From: an uncultured Chloroflexia bacterium
GTDB taxonomy: Bacteria; Chloroflexota; Limnocylindria; Limnocylindrales; CSP1-4
Length of the DNA: 64,000 nucleotides
Direction: 5' to 3'
Assembly: GCA_963748625.1 (NCBI GenBank)
Contig: CAVVJT010000010.1
Coordinates: 320,001 to 384,000 of the forward strand
Shown: in pieces, positions 32,998 to 43,955 of the stretch
Numbering within the stretch: position 1 is the stretch's first letter
Layout: each line of letters starts with the position of its first letter
Position numbers and translations under genes: made by a program
Notes under the pieces: model-generated
Told to the model about the DNA's origin: nothing
Seen by the model: the letters and a program-made list of their open reading frames with translations, nothing else
The model's database searches: none

Positions 32998-33794
32998 CCG
33001 CGGCCGACTTCCGCATGGAGCTGCGCCGCAGCCGCAGCCTGACCGCATGGCTCGCGATCCTGCTCGCGGCGTACGGCGGGATCCTGACCCTGATGTACCC
33101 GATCATGGTCGAGAACGACGCCCTGTTCCGGCAGTACATGGAGACCTTCCCGAAGGAGTTCCTGCTCGCCTTCGGCATGACCGGGAGCCTGAGCGATCCA
33201 GGCGTCTTCTTCACCACCTACGTGTCGTCGTGGCTGTGGCCGATCATGGCCGCGATCGCCGCCATCCTCGGGGGCACGCGGGTCGCGGCCGACCTCGACC
33301 GGGGCTTCCTCGACCTCCCTCTTGCAACGCCCCTCTCGCGCACGCGCCACCTCGGCATGTCCATCGCCGGCCAGGCCCTCGTGATGGCGATCCTCGCGGC
33401 GGCCACCGTCGGCTCGATCTGGGCTGGCGGCCTCCTCGTGGACGTCCGCTTCGACGCGGCACGCTTCGCCGCCGCGGGCGTCCTCGCGTGGCTGTTCGGG
33501 TGTGCGCTGGCTGGGGTGGCGACGCTGCTCGCCGTGCTCACCCTGAGTCGCGGCCGGACCGCGGGGATCGTGAGCGGCGTGCTCGTCGCGATGTACCTCG
33601 CCTGGGTCGTTGCACAGATCTCCACGGATTGGGAGTGGCTGCTCGGCTGGTCCGCCTGGGGCCACTTCGACACCACCACGCTGATCGACAAGGGCACGCT
33701 GCCGGCCGGCGACCTGGCGTTGTTCGCCGTCGTCGCACTCCTGGGTTGGGGCGCCGGCGTCGTCGCCTTCCGGCGCCGGGACCTCGCGGCATAG
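32994..33794 (+). CDS. ABC-2 type permease
   Basis: DRGFLDLPLATPLSR, six TMs, FRRRDL end. Confidence 0.9.
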   Translation: MTAADFRMELRRSRSLTAWLAILLAAYGGILTLMYPIMVENDALFRQYMETFPKEFLLAFGMTGSLSDPGVFFTTYVSSWLWPIMAAIAAILGGTRVAADLDRGFLDLPLATPLSRTRHLGMSIAGQALVMAILAAATVGSIWAGGLLVDVRFDAARFAAAGVLAWLFGCALAGVATLLAVLTLSRGRTAGIVSGVLVAMYLAWVVAQISTDWEWLLGWSAWGHFDTTTLIDKGTLPAGDLALFAVVALLGWGAGVVAFRRRDLAA

Positions 33795-33829
33795 CCGAGG
33801 CGCCGGGCTCTCCGTCGACGCTGCTCCAG

Positions 33830-35866
33830 CTAGGCCGGGGAGGAGCGGTCCAGGGCCGCGGCGACGACGGCGAGGATCGCGTCCCCGTACTTGTCGATCC
33901 GGGCCCCACCCATGCCCTTGACACGCCGCAGCGCAGCCAGGGATCGCGGGCGCTCCTCGGCGATGGCCTGCAGCGTCGCGTCGTGGGCGACCACGTACGG
34001 CGGCATGGCGGCCTCGCGGGCCACCTCGGTCCGCCAGGCACGGAGGGCGTCGAACACCGGGTCCCCGGTCGTGCCGCCCTTGGGCGGAAGGACCTGCTTG
34101 GGCGGGCCGGGCAGCTGCGTGATCGTCGTGCCCGGGCGAGGGCGGAGATCCAGCAGGAACCGGCTTGCCTGGCGCCTCATCGCCTTGCCGCGGGTCTCGC
34201 GGCGCTCGGCCCAAGAGAGCGCGAGATGGACCCGGGCCCGCGTGATCCCGACGTACAGCAGGCGGCGCTCCTCCGCGATGGCCTCGGCGTCGTCGGTCGC
34301 CTGGCGGACCGGCAGGAGGCCCTCCTCCAGGCTGGGCAGGAACACGGCATCCCACTCGAGGCCCTTCGCCCGGTGGTAGGTGAGGAGGTTGACACCGTCG
34401 CCGGCGTTCGCCCGCTCGTGGGCCGTACGAGCCTCCAGTTCCGCGATGACACTCCGGGCATCAGGGGCACCGGAGGCGGAGGGCGGGCGGGCGGAGGCGC
34501 CAAGGACGGCATCGATGATGCCGAGCAGGGTGTCGAGCGCGGCCTGGCGCTCCCTGGCCTCGGGTCCGCGATCGCCCTCAGGATCCTCCTCCCAGCCGAC
34601 CTCCTCGGCGAGCCCGCGACGGATGGCGACGGCGAGCTTGAGACCGCTCTCCGTGAGATCCGCGCGACGCAGCCAGGCGATCGCAGCCTTGATCTCCGGG
34701 CGGTCGTAGAACCGTACCCCGCGCACCTGGTACGCGATGCCGGCGCGCGTGAATGCCTCCTCGACCGGCTCGGCCTGGGCGTTCATGCGGACGAGCACCG
34801 CGATCTCCGCCGGGGCGATCCCCTCCTCGATCCGCGCCCGCACCCAGGCCACGAGCGAATCGAGCTCCTGCTCGGCCGAGGCCAGCTTGGCGATCGTGGG
34901 GGCAGGACCGTCACCCCGGGTGGCGACAAGCCGCTTCGACCGGCCGTCAGCCGCGATCAGGCGGTTGGCGAGATCGAGCACCTGCGGCGTCGAGCGGTAG
35001 TTGCGAACCAGGGCAAGCTCGCGTGCGCCCGGCCACCGCTGCGTGAATTCCGCCAGGTAGCGCGACGTGGCACCCGTGAAGGTGTAGATGGTCTGGTCCT
35101 CGTCGCCCACCACGCACAGGTCGCGAGAGTCACCCACCCACAGCTCGAGGAGGCGCTGCTGGAGGGGGCTCGTGTCCTGGTACTCGTCAACGCTGAACCA
35201 GTGCTTGCGCGTACGGACGGTGGCCGCGGCGTCGGCGTCCTGCTCGAGCAGGTCGATCGTGCCGGTGAGGAGGTCGTCGAAGTCGATCCGGTTCGCGCGG
35301 ACCTTCGCCCGCTCGTAGCCGGCGAACACACGGACGAAGAGGTCCATCGGGATCGGCGGCTCGCGATCGCCGCTCTCGGCCACGCGGCGCTCGTAGTCCT
35401 GCGGCGTGATCCTGCGTGACTTCGCCCACTCGATCTCGTCGGCAAGGTCCTTCGACGGCGTGAACCGGTAGTGGCCCGGGAGCTGGCGGACGAGCCTGGA
35501 AATCATGAGCGCCTTCGAATCCAGCAGGCCGGGCATGGGGGCGCCGTCATGGCGGCTGGGCCAGAAGTGCCGCAGCTGGCTCAACGCGTGGGCGTGGAAC
35601 GTGCGCGCCGTGACGCCGGACAGGCCCAGCAGGCGGAGACGCTCCACCATCTCGCCCGCGGCCTTGTCGGTGAAGGTCACCACCAGGACCTGGTCTGCCG
35701 GGACGAAACCGGTCGCGACCGCATACGCCGCCCGACGGCTGATCACGCGGGTCTTGCCGCTGCCGGCGCCGGCGAGGATGGCGAGGGGGCCCTCCGTGGC
35801 GAGCACCGCCTCACGCTGCTCGGGGTCCAGGTCGTGGAGGAGGGTCTCGGGGTCGAAGGTGGGCAC
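33830..35866 (-). CDS. uvrD2: ATP-dependent DNA helicase UvrD2-like, with HRDC domain
   Basis: AGAGSGKT, DEYQD, HRAKGLEW, ERRLLYVGITRA, C-terminal LRAWRTEVA..PPYVV HRDC. Confidence 0.9.
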   Translation of the reverse strand: MPTFDPETLLHDLDPEQREAVLATEGPLAILAGAGSGKTRVISRRAAYAVATGFVPADQVLVVTFTDKAAGEMVERLRLLGLSGVTARTFHAHALSQLRHFWPSRHDGAPMPGLLDSKALMISRLVRQLPGHYRFTPSKDLADEIEWAKSRRITPQDYERRVAESGDREPPIPMDLFVRVFAGYERAKVRANRIDFDDLLTGTIDLLEQDADAAATVRTRKHWFSVDEYQDTSPLQQRLLELWVGDSRDLCVVGDEDQTIYTFTGATSRYLAEFTQRWPGARELALVRNYRSTPQVLDLANRLIAADGRSKRLVATRGDGPAPTIAKLASAEQELDSLVAWVRARIEEGIAPAEIAVLVRMNAQAEPVEEAFTRAGIAYQVRGVRFYDRPEIKAAIAWLRRADLTESGLKLAVAIRRGLAEEVGWEEDPEGDRGPEARERQAALDTLLGIIDAVLGASARPPSASGAPDARSVIAELEARTAHERANAGDGVNLLTYHRAKGLEWDAVFLPSLEEGLLPVRQATDDAEAIAEERRLLYVGITRARVHLALSWAERRETRGKAMRRQASRFLLDLRPRPGTTITQLPGPPKQVLPPKGGTTGDPVFDALRAWRTEVAREAAMPPYVVAHDATLQAIAEERPRSLAALRRVKGMGGARIDKYGDAILAVVAAALDRSSPA

Positions 35867-35951
35867 GAACCGAGGCTAGCAGGGTGGATGTATGCGCGAC
35901 TCATCCACTCGTCGACATCCGCCGGGACATAAGCACGACTGCGACGCGGAT

Positions 35952-36512
35952 TCAGCGACCGAGGTTCGCCCAGTAGCTCCGGAAGCGCAGGTCGGACTCG
36001 TGCTCGGCGCGGGCGAGGTCGTCGCGCGCGGAATCGAGCCAGGTGGCCACCATCAGCGTCCACGCCACCACCGCCGGCGGCACCCCGAACACCGCCCAGG
36101 CCGACGCGATCTGCGGGTTGGCATCGCTCAGGTGCGGCCAGAGGAGGATCGTCAGTGCGAGACAGACGGCCGCGGGAACCCAGGCCACCACGATCATGCC
36201 CAGCGATGTCTCGTCGCGGTCAAGCTCCTGTGCCCGCTCCCAGGCCACGTCCCGCTCCTCGAGCGTCGGCCGGCCGCGGATGGCCCGCATCCCGCGCACC
36301 GCGATCGAGTACGCAGCGAGCAGCGTCAGGGCGAGGAACGTTGCCCCGTCGCGTCCGGCGGCATCAGGCTTGGCCGCCACGATCCACACCGCGAGCGCAC
36401 CCGTGGCGCCCACGAGCGCCAGGCCGCGGACCACCAGCCTCGTGAGGGCGTGGCGCACCGGGGCGGCGAGCAGCGAGTGGGGATCAGGGTCCATGCCTGG
36501 GCTTCGGCTCAT
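35952..36512 (-). CDS. Hypothetical 4-TM membrane protein
   Basis: Four hydrophobic segments; coding-like. Confidence 0.65.
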   Translation of the reverse strand: MSRSPGMDPDPHSLLAAPVRHALTRLVVRGLALVGATGALAVWIVAAKPDAAGRDGATFLALTLLAAYSIAVRGMRAIRGRPTLEERDVAWERAQELDRDETSLGMIVVAWVPAAVCLALTILLWPHLSDANPQIASAWAVFGVPPAVVAWTLMVATWLDSARDDLARAEHESDLRFRSYWANLGR

Positions 36513-36701
36513 CGGGTGGCGCCCGCCATCGGTCGGAGGTGGCGCCCGCCATCGGCTGGAGGTGGCGCCGTTCTTCGAGGACGACTACAGCATGGTGATC
36601 CCACGTGCCGATAGTGCTGTTCTGCCCGGATCGCCGGTGATCACCGCGCCGCGCCGTAGGCGCCCCGGTCCGGGACCACCCCCCTTGCGTCAAGATCAAC
36701 G

Positions 36702-36745
36702 AAACCCCGCAACGGACCCCAGGGGCGGTCGCGTTGCGGGGGTTT
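36702..36745. terminator. Strong hairpin with A/T tails, possibly bidirectional
   Basis: AAACCCCGCAACG-GACC...GGTC-G-CGTTGCGGGGGTTT. Confidence 0.7.
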
Positions 36746-36888
36746 GCAGTCTGTGAGGCAGCGCTGACCCGCAAACCGGCCGATTCCGGCCTCGTGGACA
36801 CCCGGTATGCGGGTTTGCGTTGACTACCACGCAGCACGTCGGGCGCCGGCCGCAGCACGCAGCACGCGGCATCGTCCACGCCAGCCGG

Positions 36889-37875
36889 TCAGTCCGTCGG
36901 GTCCACCACGTACAAACGGCGCAGCGGCGACCGGACCCGTCGGGCACGCATCCCGCGCCCCAGCCCCAGCAGCGCCGCGACCAGCAACAGCGGCCACGCC
37001 ACGTACCCCAACAGCTGGATCGCGACGGAGATCTGCTCCACCAGGGCCGCCTGGTCCGGCAGCGAGCGAAGCCAGACACCGATCGGGCTCAGGACACGCT
37101 GTGCCAGCAGGGCCACGCCACCCAGCGCCCCCAGCACCCACGCGGAAACGGGCACGAGGCGGGCGAATGGACCAGCGATCAGGCGCAGCGCCACCACGAC
37201 GTACAGCGCGATCAGCGCCAGGGACATCGTGAAGCCCGTCAGGTTCAGCCAGCCCACGACCTGTGTCAGGTCGAGGCCGGACACGAGATACGGCCAGTAG
37301 ACGGCGAGCATCCCCCCGACCACGCCCAGCGCGACAACCCCGAGCAGCACCCGTGGTGGGCGCGCGCCCGCGTCGGCAAGCCCGTCGGCGAAGGCCCATG
37401 CGCCCGCAACCGATGCCAGCCCGATACCCAGCGACATGACCGCGAACGCCAGCCCCTCGAGGGTCGAGGGATCGAGCACACCACCGGACCCGGGCGCGAG
37501 CGCCTCGAGCACCCAGGTCTGGACCACGTCGAGCACGACCCGCGCGAAGCTGGCACCGGCAAGCAGCACGGCGCCGCGCAGGAGCCATGGGTTGCGGCGC
37601 GCGATTCCCGGGAAGCCGATCAGCAACGCCGCCGGCATCAGCATCAGCGCGGCATCGGCGAGTGCCCGCGCCAGCTGGCCGGCGATGGCCGTCCACGGCG
37701 CCACCCCGAGCACGCCGCTGTCGAGGAGGGGGCGCAGGTCGACCCACACGATCGCCGCCGCGGCCATGACCGCGAGCCAGCCAACCGGCGTCATGCAGGC
37801 CAGGATCGATGCCAGGCCGCGTGGCTCGGGCCGCTGCCGGCGGACCGCGGTGCCACGGTGGACCAGGCGGGCCAT
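36889..37875 (-). CDS. Hypothetical multi-pass membrane protein (start may be ~37795)
   Basis: About eight hydrophobic segments. Confidence 0.65.
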   Translation of the reverse strand: MARLVHRGTAVRRQRPEPRGLASILACMTPVGWLAVMAAAAIVWVDLRPLLDSGVLGVAPWTAIAGQLARALADAALMLMPAALLIGFPGIARRNPWLLRGAVLLAGASFARVVLDVVQTWVLEALAPGSGGVLDPSTLEGLAFAVMSLGIGLASVAGAWAFADGLADAGARPPRVLLGVVALGVVGGMLAVYWPYLVSGLDLTQVVGWLNLTGFTMSLALIALYVVVALRLIAGPFARLVPVSAWVLGALGGVALLAQRVLSPIGVWLRSLPDQAALVEQISVAIQLLGYVAWPLLLVAALLGLGRGMRARRVRSPLRRLYVVDPTD

Positions 37876-38834
37876 CAGCCGCCCTCGGCAGGCGACGTCG
37901 GGATCGAGGAGCCGGACGCAGCGGTTGCGCGGGCCAGCGCCGACAGCCGGGTCATCTCGTCGGCGTCGAGCTCCAGGTCCGCGGCGGCCGCGTTCTCCTC
38001 CAACTGCTCGAGCGTGCGCGCGCCCGGGATTGCGATCGTGTTCGGATGCCCGATGACCCAGGCCAGCGACACCTGCGCGGGTGTCGCCCCGTGGTGCAGG
38101 GCGATCTCGGTGAGCGCCAGCCGCAACTCCGGCGCGACCCCCCGTGAGGCACCCGGGGCGAGCGAGCCGAAGCGCCGCAACCCGGGCTTCGCCATCCCCT
38201 CCGAGGCGGTCAGGAGCCCCTGCGCGAGCGGCGAGTAGGCCACGACCACGCGCCCCATCGCCGCTGCGTGCGGGACCAGGTCGTCGGCGGGACCGGGCGT
38301 GAGCAGGTTGAACCGCACCTGGTTGGCGGTCGCGGGCACGCGGAGCACGGTCTCAGCGTCACGCCACTGCTCCAGCGTGAAGTTGGACACGCCAACGCGC
38401 CTGACCAGCCCCTCGTCAACCAGCGGTCGGACGGCCTGGGCGACACGGCGCGCCGACACGAACGGGTTCTTCCAGTGCACGTAGAGCAGGTCGAGCGACG
38501 TGGCACGCAGGCGTGCGAGCGAGCCACGGACCTGGCGCGCGACGATGGGCTCGGCGGGGGCGATGGGCGTGAACTTCGTGGCCACCGTCAGGTCGTGGCG
38601 CACGTCGGGTGGGACATCGGCGAGGAACCGCCCGATGATCCGCTCGCTGGTGCCGGGGCCGTACGCCTCGGCCGTGTCGATCATCGTGATGCCCAGCTCC
38701 AGCGCCCGGGCCAGCAATGCGGGCGCGGTACCGGACGCATAGTCGGCGCCATACCCCCACTCGCGCGTGCCGAACTGCCAGGTACCGAGACCAACCTTGG
38801 ACAGGCGGAGCCCGTCAACCTCGATGTAGCGCAT
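37875..38834 (-). CDS. Aldo/keto reductase
   Basis: GLGTWQFG, DTAEAYG, VATK, GVSNF, AYSPLAQG, IPGART. Confidence 0.95.
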   Translation of the reverse strand: MRYIEVDGLRLSKVGLGTWQFGTREWGYGADYASGTAPALLARALELGITMIDTAEAYGPGTSERIIGRFLADVPPDVRHDLTVATKFTPIAPAEPIVARQVRGSLARLRATSLDLLYVHWKNPFVSARRVAQAVRPLVDEGLVRRVGVSNFTLEQWRDAETVLRVPATANQVRFNLLTPGPADDLVPHAAAMGRVVVAYSPLAQGLLTASEGMAKPGLRRFGSLAPGASRGVAPELRLALTEIALHHGATPAQVSLAWVIGHPNTIAIPGARTLEQLEENAAAADLELDADEMTRLSALARATAASGSSIPTSPAEGG

Positions 38835-38898
38835 GGTCGGAGTCTACCGACCGCGCCTGTGACAGGCTGTTGACACAGGGCCACGCCAGACTGCCGGC

Positions 38899-39168
38899 AT
38901 GCGATGGCCCTTCCGACGCCCCCAGGAACCCGACGCCCGCCTCCCCCACGCCTGGCCCATGGCGCTGTGGGGCGACCTGGCGTGACGCGCCCTCCGATGA
39001 TGATGTCGCCGCCTGCTCACGCTCGCCTTCGTCTGCAACCAGTGCGGACGGGATGACCTGCCACCGGCGGGCCAGTGGGATCCGCCAATCTGTCTCGAGT
39101 GTGACGCCGCCATCAACTTCGATGCGGAGATCGAGTCCGGGTACTTCGACGAGGAACTGGGCGGGTAG
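38899..39168 (+). pseudogene. Small CxxC..CxxC protein, interrupted reading frame
   Basis: TTGACA/CAGACT promoter then ATG; C-terminal FVCNQCGRDD..PPICLECDAAINFD; internal stops. Confidence 0.4.
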
Positions 39169-39179
39169 CGCCGGGCGTA

Positions 39180-42100
39180 CTACACGGCCGCGTGCTCGGT
39201 GATGCTCGCCACCTCGACGTTGCGACCCAGGAGGACGTCCGCGTTGGCCGGAGCGCGACCTCCGCGTGGCACGTGAGGTAGATCACCTGGCGTTCGGTCG
39301 CGACCTGCTCGATCGTCCGGGCCACGCGCTCGGCGCGCTCCGGGTCGAAGTTCACGAGCACGTCGTCCATGACCAGTGGCAGCGGCTCCTGCTGCGTGGC
39401 GAGGTGCTCGACGAGGGCGAACCGCATCGCGAGGTAGAGCTGCTCGGCCGTGCCGCGCGAGAGGCCCACGAGCGGGACGCTCTTGCCGTCGGAGGCCGAC
39501 ACGACGCCCACGAGGCCGCTCTCGGCGAGGCGGTCGAAGCCGCTGTACTCCTCGCCGGTCCATTCGACGAACAGCGTCTCGGCGCGGGACAGGACCGCCG
39601 GCCGATGCTTGGCCTCATAGGCGGCACGGGTCTGCACCAGCAGCTCGGCCGCCGTCCGGAGCACGAGCCAGCGGCGCGCGTCGGCGCCGAGCGCTCCCTC
39701 CGCGTCGGCCAGTCGCTGGCGGAGGCGCGACGTGTCCGCCTCGCCGATCAGCGCTTCGGCCTGCGTATCAAGGCTGCTCTCCTGGCGGACCAGATCGTCA
39801 CGCTCAGCCGTGATCCGCTCGATCTCACGATCGATCTCGAGCCCGGCGGCCGTGAGTGCGTCGGGATCCATGCCGCGCAGCGCCGCCTCGGTCTCAATCC
39901 GACGATCGGGCGGCACGATTCCCTCGAACGTCTGCTCGGCCTGGGCGAGGGCTGCCTGCGCCGCCACCCGCTTGGTCGTACGCTCGTACCGCGCCGCCAG
40001 CGCGATCGCATCGGCAACACCCGCGTCGGCAAGGAAAGCAGCGTGCACGGCTCGTGCCGTCTCGAGCCGCTCGATGGCCGCGCGCTCCGCGGACAGCGCA
40101 CCGTCGCGCTGGCGGACCAGGTCATTCTGGGTCCGCATGCCGGATCGTGCGACCGCAAGGGCCTGGCGCAGCCGCTCGACGATCGTGCCCTGGTCGTCGT
40201 CGGGTTGCACCGTGACGCCAACGCCTCCAGCGAGCGACCGCAGGCGGGCCTCCCACGCCCGCCGCTCGCGCTCCGTCGACGTCACGCCCGTCCGAAGGCG
40301 GGACTGGTCCACCTGGCCTGACTTGACCGCATCGAGCCGGTTCACGAGGTCGACGGCCCCGTCCCGATCCAGCCCGACCGGGAGGCCGCACGCCGCGAGG
40401 AACGCCTTCCAGCGCTGCAGCCCGGCGGCGACCTCCGTGGCCGCCATCTTCTCCCGCGCCAGCGCATCGCTGAGGGCCGCCTCGGCTGCGGACCGGTCGG
40501 ACGCGGCCCGCTCGGCGTCGCGCATGGCAGCGCGCCGCGCTTCTCCCGTCGCACGGCCGGCAGCCGCGCGCGCGTGGAGCACCTCGAGTCCCGCCTCCGA
40601 GGGGGCGCCGGCCAGGCCGACCTCCGACCAGCGCGCATCGATGGACACCTGGAGGGCGCGCAGCTCCTCCGCCTGGGGATGCCCGCCCGCACGGGCCGCC
40701 GCCGGCGCACCGCGGTCGCGGGACGAACGTCGACCCACGACCGCCATGCCCACGCCGAGCGCAAGGCCCGCGCCGAGAACCACAAGGCCCACCAGGGTGA
40801 AGCCGAGCACGACGAGCACCCCGCCGATGCCCAGGCCGGCAACACCCGCAGCGATCGCCGGGACGAGCCCGCGGCCCGCCGTCGGCGCGACAGCATCCGG
40901 GACACCGGATGGCTCGCGCACCGGCGTGCCACGTTCCTCCATGGGCGACAGGGGTGTCGCGGCGATGGCGTCCGCCAGGGTCGCCGCCCGAGCGATGTCG
41001 ACCGACAGCGCCCTCGCGCACCGCTCCAGCTCGTCGGGATCAACAACATCGACCGCCGCACGACCTGCTCCATCCGCGTCCTGGCCGGCGACGCCCGCCA
41101 CTCGTACTGCCGCCTCGCCCGCGTCCGCCGCGGCTTGTCGTGTCCGCACCTCGGCCTCGGCGCGCGTCCTGGTCGACGTCGCGAGCGCGAGCACCCGCTC
41201 CGGCTCCACGAGGTCGTCGCGGGCATGGGTCGCGATCTCCGTCCGCAGCGCCGTCGCGTCCATCCCCGCGAGCTCAGCCTCGTCCCAGCCCGCCTCGTCA
41301 AGCACCGCCTGCACCAGGGCCTTCGTGCTCGTCATCCGAGTGCGGTCATTGAGGAGCGCCCTGTCGCGCTCCTGCCAGCGCTGCCACTGCGCGTACGCCT
41401 CGTCAACCTCGGAGGCACGCTCGATCAGCTCGCCCTCGTAGCGAGCCGCCCCGAGCTCGTCGTCGAGCGCCGTCCGCCGGAGGCGCTCAGCCTGCTCCGA
41501 GGCGATCTCCATCGCAACGACCTGGGCCAGGGCAGCCTCCCGGGCGAGGTCGTCGGCCGATACCGGAGGCTCCTCCGGCAGCCCGGCGAGCCGTGCCCGC
41601 GACTCGGCGACGGCGAGCCACGCTGCTCGCGACCTGGCCTGCAGGTTCACGTCACCCCTGCGGTGGACGAGCGTTGCGAGGTCCGCGTCAAGACGAGCAC
41701 GCGCTGCCGCCACCGATGCCGCCCTAGCCGCAATTCCCGCGTACTCGGCCGGGAGATTGCGCGTGGCCAGTTGCGCCCGCAGGCCGTTGATCTCCGCAAG
41801 CCGGACATTCACAGCCGGGTTCGTCCCGCGCACCTTCCAGAGGCGGTCCAGGTCCGCAGCGATCCCCTGCTCGACCTTGAGGATGTCGCCGATCACGCCG
41901 ATCGAGGCGCCGTAGATGCGGTTGGCGACCCCTTCGTCCGTGAGGCGCCGCAAGTCGTGGAGCTCATCCTGCCCGAACGCGAAGAGGCTGGCGAACACGC
42001 CTGGCGTCACGCCACCCGTGATCGTGATCCGCTTCTGCTCGTCGGTGCCATCCGCGCCCGAGAGCACCACCTCGAGACGCTGCTCGCCGCTCGTGGACTC

Positions 42101-42352
42101 ATGGCCGTGGCGGCGGATCGTGAACACCCGCCCGTCCTCGAGCCGGCCGTGGAGGTCACCGCCCCGGCTCCCGCCCCGGACGAGCGGGAACACGTCCTTC
42201 CGGAATCCGAACAGGATCGCGTGGAGGAACTGGTGCAGCGTCGTCTTGCCCGTGCCATTGCGGCCGCGGACAAGCGTGAGCCCGGGTCCCAGCGGGATAT
42301 CGCTGTCAACGGCTCGCCCAAAGCCGTCGATGTGGACACGGTCGATGCGCAC
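39180..42352 (-). CDS. YhaN-like SMC/AAA coiled-coil ATPase, frameshift near the 3' end
   Basis: GRNGTGKTT, central TM pair, LSRGTAEQLYLAMR, PLVMDDVLVNFD, YLTCH. Confidence 0.9.
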
Positions 42353-42355
42353 CTC

Positions 42356-43642
42356 TCAGGCCCCTCCACCGGTGGACCGGAGGCGGTCGAGCACGAGCGT
42401 CCGCGCCTCGTCCAGGATATCGGCCAGGTCCGGCACCACCAGCGCATCCACCCCCACCGCACGGGCCACCTTCGGGTCGCGATACAAGTCCGCAGCGAGC
42501 GCGTCGAGATCCAGGGCCTCATGCCCGTCGACCACCTCACCGTGCGTCGTGCGGACCAGCGCGTCCAACTCGGCCACGAAGTCCCGACCCCGGGCATATG
42601 CGGCGTCGGCGGCACTCCGGGTCTCGTCGACCACGGACTCGATCCAGGCAAACTCCACCTCAGCAGGCGGGAACGGCTCGCGCACCGCCCGCACGAAGTC
42701 GGCGAACACATCGGGCCGGATGAGCTCGTCGTGGAGCGAGGTGAACCCCGTGAGGCGGAGGCGGACGACGATCGAGCGCCCGGCGGTGGTCCGGGCCTCG
42801 CGGACCGCAGCGATAGCGGCGTTGCGCAGCGCGAGCATGTCGCCAAGCGGGGCGACCGGGACCTCGAGCAGCACCCACCGGACGGTGTCCGTGTCGATCC
42901 ACTCCACGGCCGGCGTGCCCGTGGCATCGACCGTCACCAGGGCAACACCCTTCGCGGACGCCTCGCCCGGGTCGCGTCCCTGGGGATTGCCCGGGTACAC
43001 GATCATCGGCTTGGCGGCTCGCACGATCCGGCGCTGGTGGATGTGACCGAGGGCCCAGTAGTCCATCCCGGAGGCGACGAGCTCCTCCTCGGTCGTGGGC
43101 GCGTACCGCTCGTGGCGCTCGGTGAGACCGACGGTGCCGTGAACGAGGCCGACCGCAAACGGTGCGTCGGCATCGCGTCGCATGCCTGCGACGAGATCGC
43201 GCGTCTCGACCTTCTGGGCGTAGCTCACGCCGTAGACGCGGGCGATCTCCGTGCCATCCTTGACGATTGAGGCTGGTGCGACGGCCGCGCCGAACCTGTG
43301 GGTGGTCGAAGGCCACGGCACCGTCGGCTGCCAGCCGCTCAGCGGGTCATGGTTGCCGTGGACGACCGCGGCGGGGATCCCATTGGCCTCGAGCTTCGCG
43401 AGCCCATCGGCAAAGGCGAACTGGCCGCGGAGCGTTCCCGTCTCGGACTCGAAGACGTCACCCGCCACGACGACGAAGTCCACCTTGCGCTCGATGGCAA
43501 GGTCCACGATCCGATCCCAGGCCTTGAGCGTCGCCGCACGCAGCCGACCTGACACCGCATCGGGCGCGGCCCCGGTGAGGCCCGTGAAGGGCGTGTCGAG
43601 GTGGAGGTCGCCGGTGTGCAGGAAGGAGAAGGGTCGGGCCAT
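42356..43642 (-). CDS. YhaO/SbcD-like metallophosphoesterase (DNA repair exonuclease)
   Basis: DLHLD, AGDVF, GNHD, YWALGHIH, YPGNPQGR. Confidence 0.93.
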   Translation of the reverse strand: MARPFSFLHTGDLHLDTPFTGLTGAAPDAVSGRLRAATLKAWDRIVDLAIERKVDFVVVAGDVFESETGTLRGQFAFADGLAKLEANGIPAAVVHGNHDPLSGWQPTVPWPSTTHRFGAAVAPASIVKDGTEIARVYGVSYAQKVETRDLVAGMRRDADAPFAVGLVHGTVGLTERHERYAPTTEEELVASGMDYWALGHIHQRRIVRAAKPMIVYPGNPQGRDPGEASAKGVALVTVDATGTPAVEWIDTDTVRWVLLEVPVAPLGDMLALRNAAIAAVREARTTAGRSIVVRLRLTGFTSLHDELIRPDVFADFVRAVREPFPPAEVEFAWIESVVDETRSAADAAYARGRDFVAELDALVRTTHGEVVDGHEALDLDALAADLYRDPKVARAVGVDALVVPDLADILDEARTLVLDRLRSTGGGA

Positions 43643-43771
43643 CGGGCTCGATGGTGCCCTACCGGACCGGGTGCGTGCAGGGCGGTTCGGCCCGGACGTG
43701 GTTCTTCGGCCCGGACGTGGCTCCGCGCAGCGCGGCCCGCGCCTCCGCGCTCACGCCCCTTCCTGCAGCCT

Positions 43772-43882
43772 GCCCCACGTGGGGGCCGAATCCTGACCTC
43801 CCACGCACGAACCGGGGGCACAACCCGGGGTTTCGCGCGCAGCGCACGCTCGACAGGGCTCGAAACGGCCCCGTGGTGGGGC
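43772..43882. repeat. 111-bp two-box element, copy C
   Basis: GCCCCACGTGGGGGCC ... GGCCCCGTGGTGGGGC, centres 95 bp apart. Confidence 0.8.
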
Positions 43883-43955
43883 GTTCCGCAGCAGACAGGC
43901 CGCGTCGCATCGAACGGGGCACTCCCGGCGGCGGTCGAGGCGCTACGATGCCGCC

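Noticed and set aside
36750-36836. SRP (4.5S) RNA
   Set aside because: The conserved domain IV CAGG-GNRA-AGCAG motif is absent on both strands.
39180-43642. Novel nuclease-SMC defence system
   Set aside because: Matches the widespread YhaO/YhaN pair with no extra genes.
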